A stretch of 64,000 nucleotides of DNA from Lytechinus pictus (taxonomy: Eukaryota). Made by a program: the position numbers and the translations under genes. Shown one piece after another: positions 37,801 through 47,780 of the stretch. Where the stretch lies: the NCBI RefSeq assembly GCF_037042905.1, contig NC_087251.1:22322001-22386000 (forward strand), in the 5' to 3' direction. Each line of letters begins with the position of its first letter. Position 1 is the first letter of the stretch. Below the pieces are notes generated by a model. It did no database searches. It saw only the letters and a list, made by a program, of their open reading frames with translations, and was not told the origin of the DNA.

Positions 37801-39850
37801 TGATCTGTATGTTATGTTAAATTGAGCATGTATATATTTTATCTTTTTATATGGAAATAAATACAAACAAACAAACAATTCCTTAAAATTTGAAATTTAT
37901 ATCGAGGTATATGAAAAAGTGGGCGTGGCCTATGACGTCAATTAAAAAAAAAGAAATGCCCAAGGGTGCCCAGGTGGCACCCATCGGATTCTTGAAGTAG
38001 ACACCCCATACTACATCTTCTAATCGCAGTCATACCCAACTTGACGGTCATGCAATAATTTTGATCATATCTACCCGACTAAAATTCGATAATTTAATCG
38101 TGCGCGTGGAATCATTGGTGAAAAGATAGATAACATATATCATACCTTATTCATATTTGTCCTCCCCCTCTTTTCTTGGGGAGGTGGAGCCGTATACGTC
38201 TATGGCCGCCCCGCCCGCTTATGTTGCCCCTGGTATATTTTTTTATGTGGAACGGAAACCCAGAAAGCATAAATTCATATTGAAACTTTTGATATTTTCT
38301 TCTACTAGACGACGGAAAAATTGATTTTGAAGAATTTTTGATGATGATGGCAAGAACACAAGCGGAATCCACATACAGTGAAGAGGATATTCGAGGATGG
38401 TTCAAAACACTTGACAAAGATGACAACGGTTGTATCAGGTGAGCTAGACAGAGATTTGGGAAGGGGCAGAAATTTTGAGGGAGACCAGACTTGGCGTAGC
38501 GGGAGAAAATTGTAAAGGTTCTTCTTCTTCTTCTCCTTCTTCTTCTTCTAATACTACTACTACTACTACTACTTCTATTTCTTATTATCATTTATAATCT
38601 TCTTCCCCCTATTCTTGATCCTTCTCCTTCCATTCCCCCTTTCCTCTTCCTTCTTAATTATTTTCTTCAGTTTCTGTACTTGTAACTCCACCAAGCTACC
38701 CACTCTCAGTTAACTGTAATCACCTTGCACGGATCCGGGGATGGGATTCTATTATTGCTCTTGTATTGTACATATGTTTATTATCATCATGTTTGATTCT
38801 TTTTTTTAATTATTTTTTTGAATTTTTTTGTTACCTTTGTATTTTTCTTATGCGTATTATTGCCATTGTTATAAGTAGTTATATTTCTTCTATGCCCCCA
38901 GGAGGGACCGTCAAAGAAATAAAATCCTTGTCATTGTCATTGTCATTGGGAAGGGGGTTGGGGTGACGAGCGAGCTCTTCCGACCATAAGGAAAAAATTG
39001 TGACTTTTTGTGGAAAAGGCGGTAGAAAACGTCTTTAGTTGTCAAGCAGGCGTAATGCTTGAATCGTTTTATACTTTCCACAATACACATAAGCCATCTG
39101 TTTTGATGATGCTGATAATGATAACAATTATTGTTAAGAACGGAAAATGTTTTAATAAATAATAATTGATCATTTTCTTGCTCAGTGCTAAGGAGATGCG
39201 AGAGGCTTTGGGTGAGTTTTGTATCAGCATGTCTAAAGAGAAAGCTGATCAATTGATCAAGGAATCTGACAAGAATGGTGACGGTTTGGTCAACTATGAA
39301 GGTATGTAGTTGAAGGGATCAATGGAAGTGAAGAATCACTGACTACCGCTTTTTTGTTCTTTATTTCGACATCGCAGTGTAATTTCATAGAAACTTCATA
39401 ATCTTTTTATTAGACGTTACTAGGTGTAAGAATTCATCGACAGAATGATACAATTACAGACAGTTATCATCACCTCCAACAACCAAATTGACCACACCCA
39501 ATCAATAGATTATTAAGATCACATTTTCCTTCAATTACCCTTTTCAGGACCATTTTCGAGTCTGAAAGTATATTTTCTTTGCTTTTCATTTTTAAAATTT
39601 AGTTTTCTTTCGTTTAACAAAATATGCCTACACCATTGAGGTCAAGGTCCGAAAGATTTTACATAACCTGTGACATAAGTAGTATTTTATTTTGTTTTCC
39701 ATTTATCTTTCTCGCACATAATCATGTCAAATTTTAAGGTTCAAACATCCAATTTGATATATAGCAGGTAAGATTGGTAATTATGTTGTTTGTTTCTACA
39801 ATTCAGAATTCGTCCAGACGTTGATGGTTCTTAAACTTCCCACTTCATAA
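16861..39850 (+). CDS. Calmodulin-like / Spec-like four-EF-hand Ca2+-binding protein, 157 aa, six coding exons: 16861-16863, 20014-20047, 24594-24740, 38309-38438, 39186-39301, 39807-39850
   Basis: Manual splice, all introns GT-AG, 474 nt in one frame: [157 protein letters not shown]. Four 12-residue EF loops ([48 protein letters not shown]). Too divergent to be calmodulin itself. Confidence 0.9.
18312..18732. mobile_element. MITE with inverted arrays of TCGTCTA/TAGACGA subterminal repeats
   Basis: TTCGTCYA-like repeats in the left half and their reverse complements in the right half. Confidence 0.7.
18762..19658. mobile_element. TIR MITE
   Basis: TA|GGGGAGAG..GGCCC / GGGCC..CTCTCCCTCC|TA. 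Confidence 0.65.
20014..20047 (+). CDS. EF-hand gene exon 2 ([11 protein letters not shown])
   Basis: Pyrimidine tract + TGCAG acceptor, GTAAGT donor, 34 nt, phase 0 to 1. Confidence 0.85.
21424..22442. mobile_element. TIR MITE (contains 21891-22154)
   Basis: GGGAAGGCGGGGTAAGTTGAGCCA / TGGCTCATCTTACTCCGCCTTCCC. Confidence 0.8.
21891..22154. mobile_element. MITE with 5-bp TSD (hAT5-like)
   Basis: CAGAAGCGGATCTAG / CTGGATCCGCCCCTG; TSD AAAGT. Confidence 0.78.
23367..23950. mobile_element. Kolobok-like MITE, second copy (an older fragment precedes it at about 23027-23360)
   Basis: Colinear with 4184-4780; AGGTCAAGTCCACC / GGTGGACTTG. Confidence 0.8.
24594..24740 (+). CDS. EF-hand gene exon 3 (EF1 and start of EF2)
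   Basis: TTTGTAG acceptor, GTAAGT donor; overlaps ORF 24581-24793 with [14 protein letters not shown]. Confidence 0.93.
25730..25825 (+). repeat. 5' LTR (probably missing about 10 bp at its left end)
   Basis: Identical to 30919-31014. Confidence 0.9.
25866..30674 (+). pseudogene. Gypsy gag-pol polyprotein with about three frameshifts
   Basis: CCACCATG start; Cys/His knuckles ([23 protein letters not shown]), protease DTG, RT CVDD, RNase H TDWS/VDHKPL, integrase SDGGPEF and AEVAVK. Frame breaks near 26100, 26480 and 29396 (inside the integrase HHCC). Confidence 0.93.
30909..31014 (+). repeat. 3' LTR (about 106 bp, TA...TA ends)
   Basis: Starts immediately after the purine tract; imperfect terminal inverted repeat TAGAGGATTCT / AGAACCCATTTA. 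The exact left boundary is inferred. Confidence 0.85.
31609..32464 (+). pseudogene. L1 ORF1 (coiled coil + RRM), frameshifted
   Basis: [30 protein letters not shown] and FFVFPDKL motifs of L1-type ORF1p. Confidence 0.88.
33319..37075 (+). pseudogene. L1 ORF2 (APE endonuclease, RT, CCHC finger), disrupted
   Basis: TFNCRG, LQETH, GDFN, RLD and SDH endonuclease motifs; YRPISLL, QGCPISP, MADD. One frameshift near 34055 and in-frame stops at 34751 and 35318. Confidence 0.95.
38309..38438 (+). CDS. EF-hand gene exon 4 (end of EF2, most of EF3 loop)
   Basis: CTACTAG acceptor, GTGAGC donor; [15 protein letters not shown]...LDKDDNGCI. Confidence 0.93.
38519..38575. repeat. (CTT)n(CTA)n compound microsatellite in intron 4
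   Basis: Directly visible. Confidence 0.9.
39186..39301 (+). CDS. EF-hand gene exon 5 (EF4)
   Basis: CTCAG acceptor, GTATGT donor; AKEMREALG...[12 protein letters not shown]. Confidence 0.93.
39807..39850 (+). CDS. EF-hand gene exon 6 ([14 protein letters not shown])
   Basis: TTCAG acceptor; completes NYEEFV as in calmodulin; TAA at 39848-39850; candidate AATAAA at 40575 and 40615. Confidence 0.88.
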
Positions 39851-39888
39851 AGACGATGAACGGCCCAAGCCTGCTTTCCAACATTCTA

Positions 39889-40266
39889 CACTCTTAAAAC
39901 CGTCATATTGACTAGACCACACTGTAAAAAACGAAGTGCTAATTTAGCACTTACAGTGCTTGTATAGTGACTGCACTACGAGTGCTGATTTTCTAGTTCA
40001 AATTTCAACTAGAAAATCAGCACTCGTATAGTGTAGTCACTTTATACAAGCATTGTAAGTGCTAGATTAGCACTTCATTTTTTACAGTGCAGTAGTCAGC
40101 TGGGTGCAACTGATATGTCTTGTCACATTTCTGATTATATTCTAGTCAGAAATAACTATGTTCTAGTACAATACGACTAAAAAATAGTCAAATATGACTA
40201 GAATAACAGTTGCACCCAGCTGACCCTATTACCTAGTCATTTTTTTACTGATTTGTTTTTAGAGTG
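39889..40266. mobile_element. CAC-ended MITE in the predicted 3' UTR
   Basis: TA|CACTCT...AGAGTG|TA. Confidence 0.65.
39920..40089. mobile_element. 170-bp palindromic CACTG-ended MITE nested in 39889-40266
   Basis: CA|CACTGTAAAAAA...TTTTTTACAGTG|CA; near-perfect foldback along its whole length. Confidence 0.88.
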
Positions 40267-41255
40267 TAAAAACACCAGAGTCAGAATGACTAGATCATCA
40301 GCTGCGGATGCAACTGATATATCAACATAATCTTACTACATTTATTCTACTTTATTGTTATGGTTTCAAAGTAATTAAAAAAACAAAAGTTTAATGATTA
40401 TCTTGGGTAAATCCTTTGATTTTTGTATAGTATTCCTAAAGGGAGAATTATATCCCTTATCGGTCATATCTCTTAGTTCTTAGAACTTTCCATTATCTTC
40501 AGTTAGAATTAATTCGATTTTTAAGAACAAAATTGCTCTAATCTTTTAAGATGTTCATTGTATTATATCTGGCTAATAAAACTTTATAATTTCTACAACC
40601 CTGTTTTTTTTTCAAATAAATATTTGTCAATCTCCATTTTGAATGACATCTAACCATAATACACAATAGTAAAAGTTTGGCGTGGGAAGGAGGGGGGATG
40701 GGCGATGCAATGTTGTCTTTTTCCAAAATATTACCCACTTATTAGTTATAAAACAGGTTTATGTATAGCGGCGCTAAATTTTGGACACATTTGAGCAGGC
40801 TGAATTGCATGGACATATGATATACATGGCATGAGTCCACGTTGCAGAGAAACCATGGAGGCAGCAATTCAAAAACTTCACCAAGAATGATTACCGTTTT
40901 GAAATTGATTTGATGCGAATTCAATACTATAGCACTAAATAAAACGTTGATACGCGCGAATGGGTGATAGACACGTATTATCCCTGTGGGTCTCACACAT
41001 ATTTTATTTCATAGTTTAGCTACAAATATATATCATTTCTTTATTACATTAATGTGAAGCATCATAAACTTTATGGAGCATGCCTCTATTTAAAATCTTC
41101 ACCAACTTCACAATAAAAGAACGAGATTCTTCATAATTCACTCATTGAAATGCGTAGTCTGTTTTGTCTATTAGTGAATGACTGTGACTGATAGTAATGA
41201 TCAGTGACAAAATGAAGCCAAACATAATCTCCTTCCCCATTTTTTTTTATATTTA

Positions 41256-41259
<4 letters not shown>

Positions 41260-41307
<48 letters not shown>
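41260..41307. repeat. (TA)n microsatellite
   Basis: Directly visible. Confidence 0.97.
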
Positions 41308-41310
<3 letters not shown>

Positions 41311-42278
41311 TGCGTATCAAAAAAAAAGTTTACACTTGGAAAAAATCCTGTAAAATTATACATTTGTAATATCCTGAAGATTTTTCCACATTCTAACATT
41401 GGTTCAGATCCATTTAAGCAAATGACGATATAACTGTCGAAAAATATTTCCGCTTGAGTGAGCACCACTTAATTTTGAAAAGTTAGTGAAAAATGATTTG
41501 CGCAGAACTGTGAAATAGTTATGCGAATAAAAGTAGACCTTAATCATGAAGAACACGTGGAATTTAGCTGGTAAAACTGATTTGAAGATATCTTTTACCT
41601 TTTTTGACTTGTTTCCTTGCCCAAAACACTTTGAAGAGTGCATTTCGCCCCACCCCACTCCCCCACACACCGAGGCCATCGTGACGGTATTTGCTTTACA
41701 CTGAGCTGTTATTTACATGGAATGGCTTAAGCTTGATTTTCGTTTTGTTAATCATAGCCAAGTTTGGGAAATGTGTGGAGAAACAAGTATTTAATGGAAA
41801 ATGAAATGTAAACCCACTTTCAATGATAAAAACTTAGTGAAAAAATGCTGGAGATGTCTGATATAAACTTTTGTTCAGATTTAGTTATGTCCTCAGATCC
41901 AGCTGGCACAAAAAGGGTAAAGGTTGTGCTTAATAAGTGTTGAAATTTCAATTTGGGTGGCAAAATTGTTACAAATCCTTGAATGTATCCGTTTTATTTC
42001 AATTGACTAAAAGTACAAGAGAAATGTATGAGAAATGTTTCGCAGGGTAAGTTTGATTTTGCCCTTTCCCATTGACACAGCGTGAAAACGAGCATTTCTG
42101 CGCAAACAGATTTCTGCGAGCTTTACAAAATTGGACAGTGCTCACTCAAGTGTAACATTCTGACAAAACTTTTACTTTCATTGGATAGATGAGACCCAAA
42201 CCAAAGATTATATGTGAAAAAATTACCCACATGTTGCATATATTTTAATTCCCATGGCTTTTTCAAAGTGTAAACCTT
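41308..42278. mobile_element. Tc1/mariner-type non-autonomous element, right TIR truncated
   Basis: TA|CAGTGCGTATCAAAAAAAAAGTTTACACTT at left and AAGTGTAAAC at right. Confidence 0.72.
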
Positions 42279-42368
42279 CACCCGACAAAGGAAATTATAA
42301 TTGGTATGGTGTCGAAAATCTGTCTATCTGACGGTCAATCGTATCGGGGTCGCCCTAGCCACTAACCC

Positions 42369-42440
42369 GTCTCTGTGGTCTAGTGGTTAGGGCACCGGCG
42401 TTCAAAGCTGGGGGCCCGGGTTCGATTCCCGACAGAGACA
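42369..42440 (+). tRNA. tRNA-like cloverleaf with anticodon TCA (opal-suppressor-like; may be a repeat-borne pseudo-tRNA)
   Basis: Acceptor GTCTCTG/CAGAGAC, D stem GTCT/GGGC, anticodon stem CCGGC/GCTGG with loop GTTCAAA, variable region GGGC, T stem CCGGG/CCCGA with TTCGATT, discriminator A, then T6. Confidence 0.6.
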
Positions 42441-42553
42441 TTTTTTCGGCATCACCAATTTTTCCAAAGGGTAGATAGCTATGGGAACCTTGATTTAAGC
42501 TACGCCTACCATTGTTCTCTTCATCCATTTCTTTCACACAATATATATATATA

Positions 42554-43358
42554 CAGTGCGTCCCACAAAAAATGAAACCGAGATTTATCGATGATTTATG
42601 ATAACTTAATCACAAATACAATAGACAAATGACCTACCATTGTAAAGCTTAGAATCTCCTGTTTCATCTGAAATTACTTAGATTATTTGTCCTTCACGCA
42701 TGAGTGAGCAAAAACAATTTGAAGAGGGGATACCAAAAAGTCATTTGGCGGGCTGTATCTGGGTTTCAAAAAGAAAACCACACTTTTATAAATTTCAATA
42801 TGTGCTCTTTAATTTGATACCTCAATTACAGAAAATTGTCAAGAAATAACAAAGTTCTGGTTCTTTGAAATAAGGCTTGAATTTCAATAATTTCATAAAA
42901 TGAAGAGGTTTTACAGGCTAGCGTTCAAACTCACTCGACACTCAGTTTTGTTGACGATCAGCCATGCATTAAGTCTTTTGTTAACCATGCGACAGCTTCT
43001 GTGGGAAACCGGTGAAAACACGTTTATTTAATGAAATTATGGAAAAAAAGCATCGTTTCGAGGGATCATAACTTTTTTACTTCTTGACTATTTTTTGTGA
43101 TTAAGGTATCATTAAAAGAGCAGATATTGAACTTTTTAGGCATGTGATTTTCTTTTTGAAATTCAGATACCCCCCGCCAAATGAGTTTTTGGTATCCTTT
43201 CTTCAAATTGTTTTCGCTCATTCATGCGTGAATGAGGAATAATCTAGAAAGAGGAGATTCTAAGCTTTACATTGGTGGGTCATTTGCCTATTGTATTTGT
43301 GATTAAGTTATGATAAATCATCGCTTAATCTCGGTTTCGTTTTTTCTGGGACGCACTG
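42554..43358. mobile_element. Tc1/mariner-type long-TIR MITE
   Basis: TA|CAGTGCGTCCCA...TGGGACGCACTG|TA; roughly 280-bp inverted arms. Confidence 0.9.
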
Positions 43359-44664
43359 TATATATCAATTTATATATATATATTTGTATTTAATTTATGC
43401 TGTATGATCTCAGAAGAGTCCCCGTTGGCCGCGCGATCGCGCCGAAAATTGGCACGCAGGTTGTCTGGGACATAATCTACAAAATTGTTAAGTAATTTAT
43501 TTCGTGCAAATTGCTATTAAGTGATATGCTAATTTATGCGTAATTAGTATGCGAAATCATACTTTTCCCTCTTACTCCCTAAAAACCAAAGTGAGAACAT
43601 TTGGAACTTTACTTAGGGACCCTAAGTAAAGTTCCAAACGTTCTTCGGTTTGGAAAGTTTTTGTGGTGTTCTTAGCAAGTGTACATGAAAAAAAAGCGAT
43701 ATCAGATCAATTTCTTATGTATTATATTGTTTTTTGCAATTTCTTATGTATTTCTGTGTTTTTGGACCTTTTGTTTTTCATTGTTTTTTCAATGAAATTT
43801 GTTGGGGACTCTTCTGAGATCATAAACGGCATAAAATTAATACATTTGGACCAGCACAACTAAGAATAATCATAGATTTATGATTTTTGGTTGAAAACAT
43901 AATTTGCATTGACTTTGTACACGAAATCACGTTTTTGAGCAATTTTTGGTCTGACATGCACTTACATAATGTTGCGTAATTTCAGAACCGCGTACCCCGC
44001 CGGCGCGGTCAAGCCAGCGATGGCGCTTGTATACTCAAGAGGCGGTGCTGGATTGTGTAGGGCATTATATGGTGCAGCGAAATTTAGATGAAGACGTATC
44101 AACTTCACGTATACTTGATATCATATTGATATGCAAAGTCTTAAAACCGTTGTCACCACCATGTAATATTTTATTTAAAAAATACAGTAACAAGTATTTT
44201 TAAGCATGATATTTGATGTAAAAACTTTTCAAGCAAAAATAATGATATAGAGGAAATGAAAATAAATCAACTCTACAATCTACTAAAAAAGTGCTCTGAG
44301 AGGATTTCGGTGGTCACAAAATGAGCTTGACTAAATCCGGATGAAATTAGCAGACTGGTTTATTTATGACAGAATTTAATCCTGTTTTACTGAAGATGTA
44401 CAAAAAATTGTGACAATAATTTAGTGATATATTATTTTTTAAATGTAATATATTATTAATGAATGTTTTGTATATTTTTTGTTTTTATTATTTTATTCTA
44501 CTTTTGTCATAATCTATTAGTTTACCTCTATTTTGCTGTTACTCCTTGAGTGTATTGTATCGGATCATGGTTTCGTTGGCATGACTACCAAATTGTTCGC
44601 GCACTTCATTTGTATGCGCGTATCGAGTGTGGACGCTTGTCAGAGTTATCAATAGACAGAGTGG

Positions 44665-44780
44665 CGAAACCGGAAGTGTGCTCTGATTGGTCCGATATTT
44701 TATGGAGCCCCAATTAGTTCCCTCTGCCATATTTTCTGCGCTTGTGATCTTCTGCTTAGTGCATGCCTCCGGAAATTTCA
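44665..44780 (+). promoter_or_regulatory. Promoter-like motif cluster, possibly carried by a transposon
   Basis: CCGGAAGTG (ETS), CTGATTGG (NF-Y) and GCCATATTTT (YY1-like) within 70 bp. Confidence 0.35.
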
Positions 44781-46459
44781 ATAAACTACACGTTTTCTCA
44801 CATTTAGTGATAAAATACCTCGACACTTTCAACTCATGGATATATTTTCAAGACGCCAATGTGAGTATTTTAACATATAAAGTTACCTTTTTGTAGATAC
44901 ATCTGGTGTTATTTTGCATAAATCGGCTTCCAAAATAATGTCGAAAAAAGTGTTTGGTAAGAGAGAAAAATTGCATTTTTTCAAGTTTTGTGTAATCATG
45001 TTTTGCACAAATCACCTCAACGTGTTGAAAATAGTGTTTTACAATGACTGTCAAGGTTGAATGATCTTTTAACAAGTTGTTTTATGTTATTTTGGGGGAA
45101 ATCAATTTATTTTCTACCAAAAACAGTTCATAAAATTTAGCATATGGGACTACCCTTCATAAGACCCTAGCCAAAGATAAGGAGCTGCGCCGCCGGAGCT
45201 TTCGGCGGCGGAAACCTTAGCCCACTCTATAGGCCGTAGGCGGTTAATTGCAGGGATGGCGCCACCAACTCAACGGGTGAAGGCACTTTTCAACTTAGTC
45301 TAATTTATATTAGACAGGAATAACCGTCATTTCTGGGATTTTATTAAACAATTCGTGACATTTTCTTATAATCCCCATTTATGTATTGATGAGTGAGCCA
45401 ACACAGTCCAGCGGAACAACCAAAATACAGAGACTGAAGCTTTTGGTCTAATCTAAAGTTAGATCTACTACTTGTCTTAATCTGAATTTTACTAATATTA
45501 TATAGATGGAAATATCCCATTAGAGGGGAAAATATCCCTATATATTTAGACTATTTTGTTATTAAGGCCAAAGTGTTAAAACTCCTGATTTTAGAAAACC
45601 CGTATGCCTAGGTCTAATTTAGACCCTAAGACTAGAGTTAATATTAAGACTGAAGGCAGCACTGCATGCAGTGCAGTTGAGTTGTTACATTACAATTTTT
45701 AATCTAACAAAGGAACTGCAGTGCTCGAGTCTATTTACTCTGGACTAGGGTCTAGTGAAGATCTATAGTAGATGTAGACCTAGTCTAGGCCTATTAGATA
45801 AAAAAAATCAAAGTCCAAGACCAGAGCTTACCTATCAAGACAGCCAATGATTCAATTAAGATTACTTTATTAATGCAAACAAAAGAAATGATGATTCAAA
45901 GTGCTTTGACCTGTGTCCTCACAAGCAATAATGGATCTACATCTACATGTACAAATATCAGATTTGCTGCATGTATGGACCTAGTAGGTCCATGCTGCAT
46001 GTAACCCATCTGTGTTTGGTGTGTGGTGATTGTCGTGAGTTCATCTAGCTATTACTATGTTAGTACAAGTTCAGGGCCTATACTGACAGTACTCACTACC
46101 GTACCTTTATTCACTCATAGAGTACGTTAGCTTTGTGTGATTAATTCAATATGTGTTAACGTATGTATAAGCTTTAACCTTATAACTGTGACAACAACAC
46201 TTGCTTGGACTGATGACGAAAATGGCACAGGTCTAATAGTCACATTATGGATTATCTGCTGGTAATTGTACTTGCTCACTAATTTTGTTATCATAATGGC
46301 ATGTGCTTTTAAAGGTCATGCAATTAAGGTAATGACTTCAGTGACTACAAGTTTTAAGCATCAACTTTGGAAATGACTAGCTGAACAGAGTTCCGGGAAC
46401 AGAGTTTATTAATTTAAAGGTGATTTCTGAGTCATAGACTGTAATCAATAATTATTGTT

Positions 46460-46790
46460 TTCTGGGGTTGCCACGCAGTCAAGCTTAGCTAAAAGTGGCA
46501 ACCCCTGCAACCTTCTAAAAATCATATTTGGTTTATTTGAAGATTTATGTCATTTGTATTTTCTGATGTTATGTTTTATTTATTGTAATTATTGTATTAT
46601 AATTTTTTTTTTGGAAAAATTAATAAATAAGTAAATGAAATGAAAAATATAAATATGTATTAATATAAAATTCAATTTGTTCAATGTTTTGCTTGTCAGT
46701 TATCCGTATATTATTATTGTGTTTTTTTGTTAATGTGTTTATGAAAAAGTGTTGCAGAAACCAATAAATGAAATGAAATGAAATATCTCA
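46460..46790 (+). mobile_element. 3' end fragments of CR1/L2-group LINEs
   Basis: Stem GGGGTTGCCAC..GTGGCAACCCC followed by AATAAA and (AAATG)n tails. Similar minus-strand fragments with (ATTCA)n at about 50505-50630 and 57835-58045. Clade assignment is inferred. Confidence 0.5.
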
Positions 46791-47740
46791 GCTGATAATG
46801 TTTTAAAACAATTTATCAAGGAATGAATGTTAACACAATCAAAAAATAATGCAAGATCGAACTTAAGTAAAATATATGTTCAATCCCCTTTGTAATAACT
46901 GTGCAATTTTGAAAGAATGAACAACTTTATATTGATATCAATTTTATGTATAATTGTTTTTTTATTTTCATAAATTTGTCGTCATGGTATTTTCCTTTTT
47001 TTCCACAAATGCATCATGTCATTGGGACTATTGTATTACATTTTCAATAAAATTTCCTTGTCATCACCTTATGTTGCAGGATGTACATTTTTATTTCCAT
47101 ATACCCATCTTTTTTAGGTTATATCAAAATGCATTTCAATATAGTGTCTGTTATTCAAATTTTAAATTCAGTTATAAAAAATCTAGTTTATTTAAAATCG
47201 ATTCAACAGCCTGAATGTCTAATTCACTGCATGTGATAATGTAAATGGGAAAATTGAAAAATAAATTGTTCATCCTTATTTTTTTTCACCAAGATGTGAT
47301 TTTCCAATTGAAATTTATTTCCATTTTTATTGTCATTCTAAATAGGCTTATATATAGGATGTGCACGCGCAAATCAAAGTTATTTATGATTATAATCAGT
47401 TGAGCTTTAGTGGATGTGAAGGAGGGAGTGGCATAACACAATATTACAAACAAAGTATTGTTTGGATTCACCTTCTTGTGCATAGAGAAATGTATTTCTT
47501 ACATGGAAATCACTTATGATATCTTATTGTTTTCTCTTTCAGATAAATCCTTTCAGGTTATGTAGTCTAGTTATTTTGTCTCTCATTTTAAATAATCGTC
47601 CTTGATTCTGTTAAAGCTATAAGCTTTCCATCTTATGCATTACAAGCGTTTAATTAGTTGAGACTCTGTTTTTCTTTTTTCCTTTTTTCATTACACAGTG
47701 TTACACCACACAATAGAAAGGGAGAGGGAAATCGGAGAAC

Positions 47741-47742
<2 letters not shown>

Positions 47743-47778
<36 letters not shown>
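47743..47778. repeat. (GA)n microsatellite
   Basis: Directly visible. Confidence 0.97.

Positions 47779-47780
<2 letters not shown>

Noticed and set aside
16861..39850. Assigning the symbol CaM, Spec1 or LpS1
   Set aside because: Clearly not canonical calmodulin, and orthology to a named Spec gene cannot be established without a search.
42369..42440. Selenocysteine tRNA
   Set aside because: It has only a 4-nt variable region and a standard 7/5 fold, not tRNA-Sec architecture.
46210..46240. Hammerhead ribozyme core (CTGATGA-C-GAAA); similar at 59992
   Set aside because: No helix II and no compatible helix III / NUH site.
46208..46433. C/D-box snoRNA or scaRNA candidate (TGATGA...CTGA with GAC/GTC ends)
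   Set aside because: The C box lacks the purine, the terminal stem is in the wrong register for a K-turn, and I recognised no rRNA or snRNA guide. An Infernal/snoscan run would settle it.
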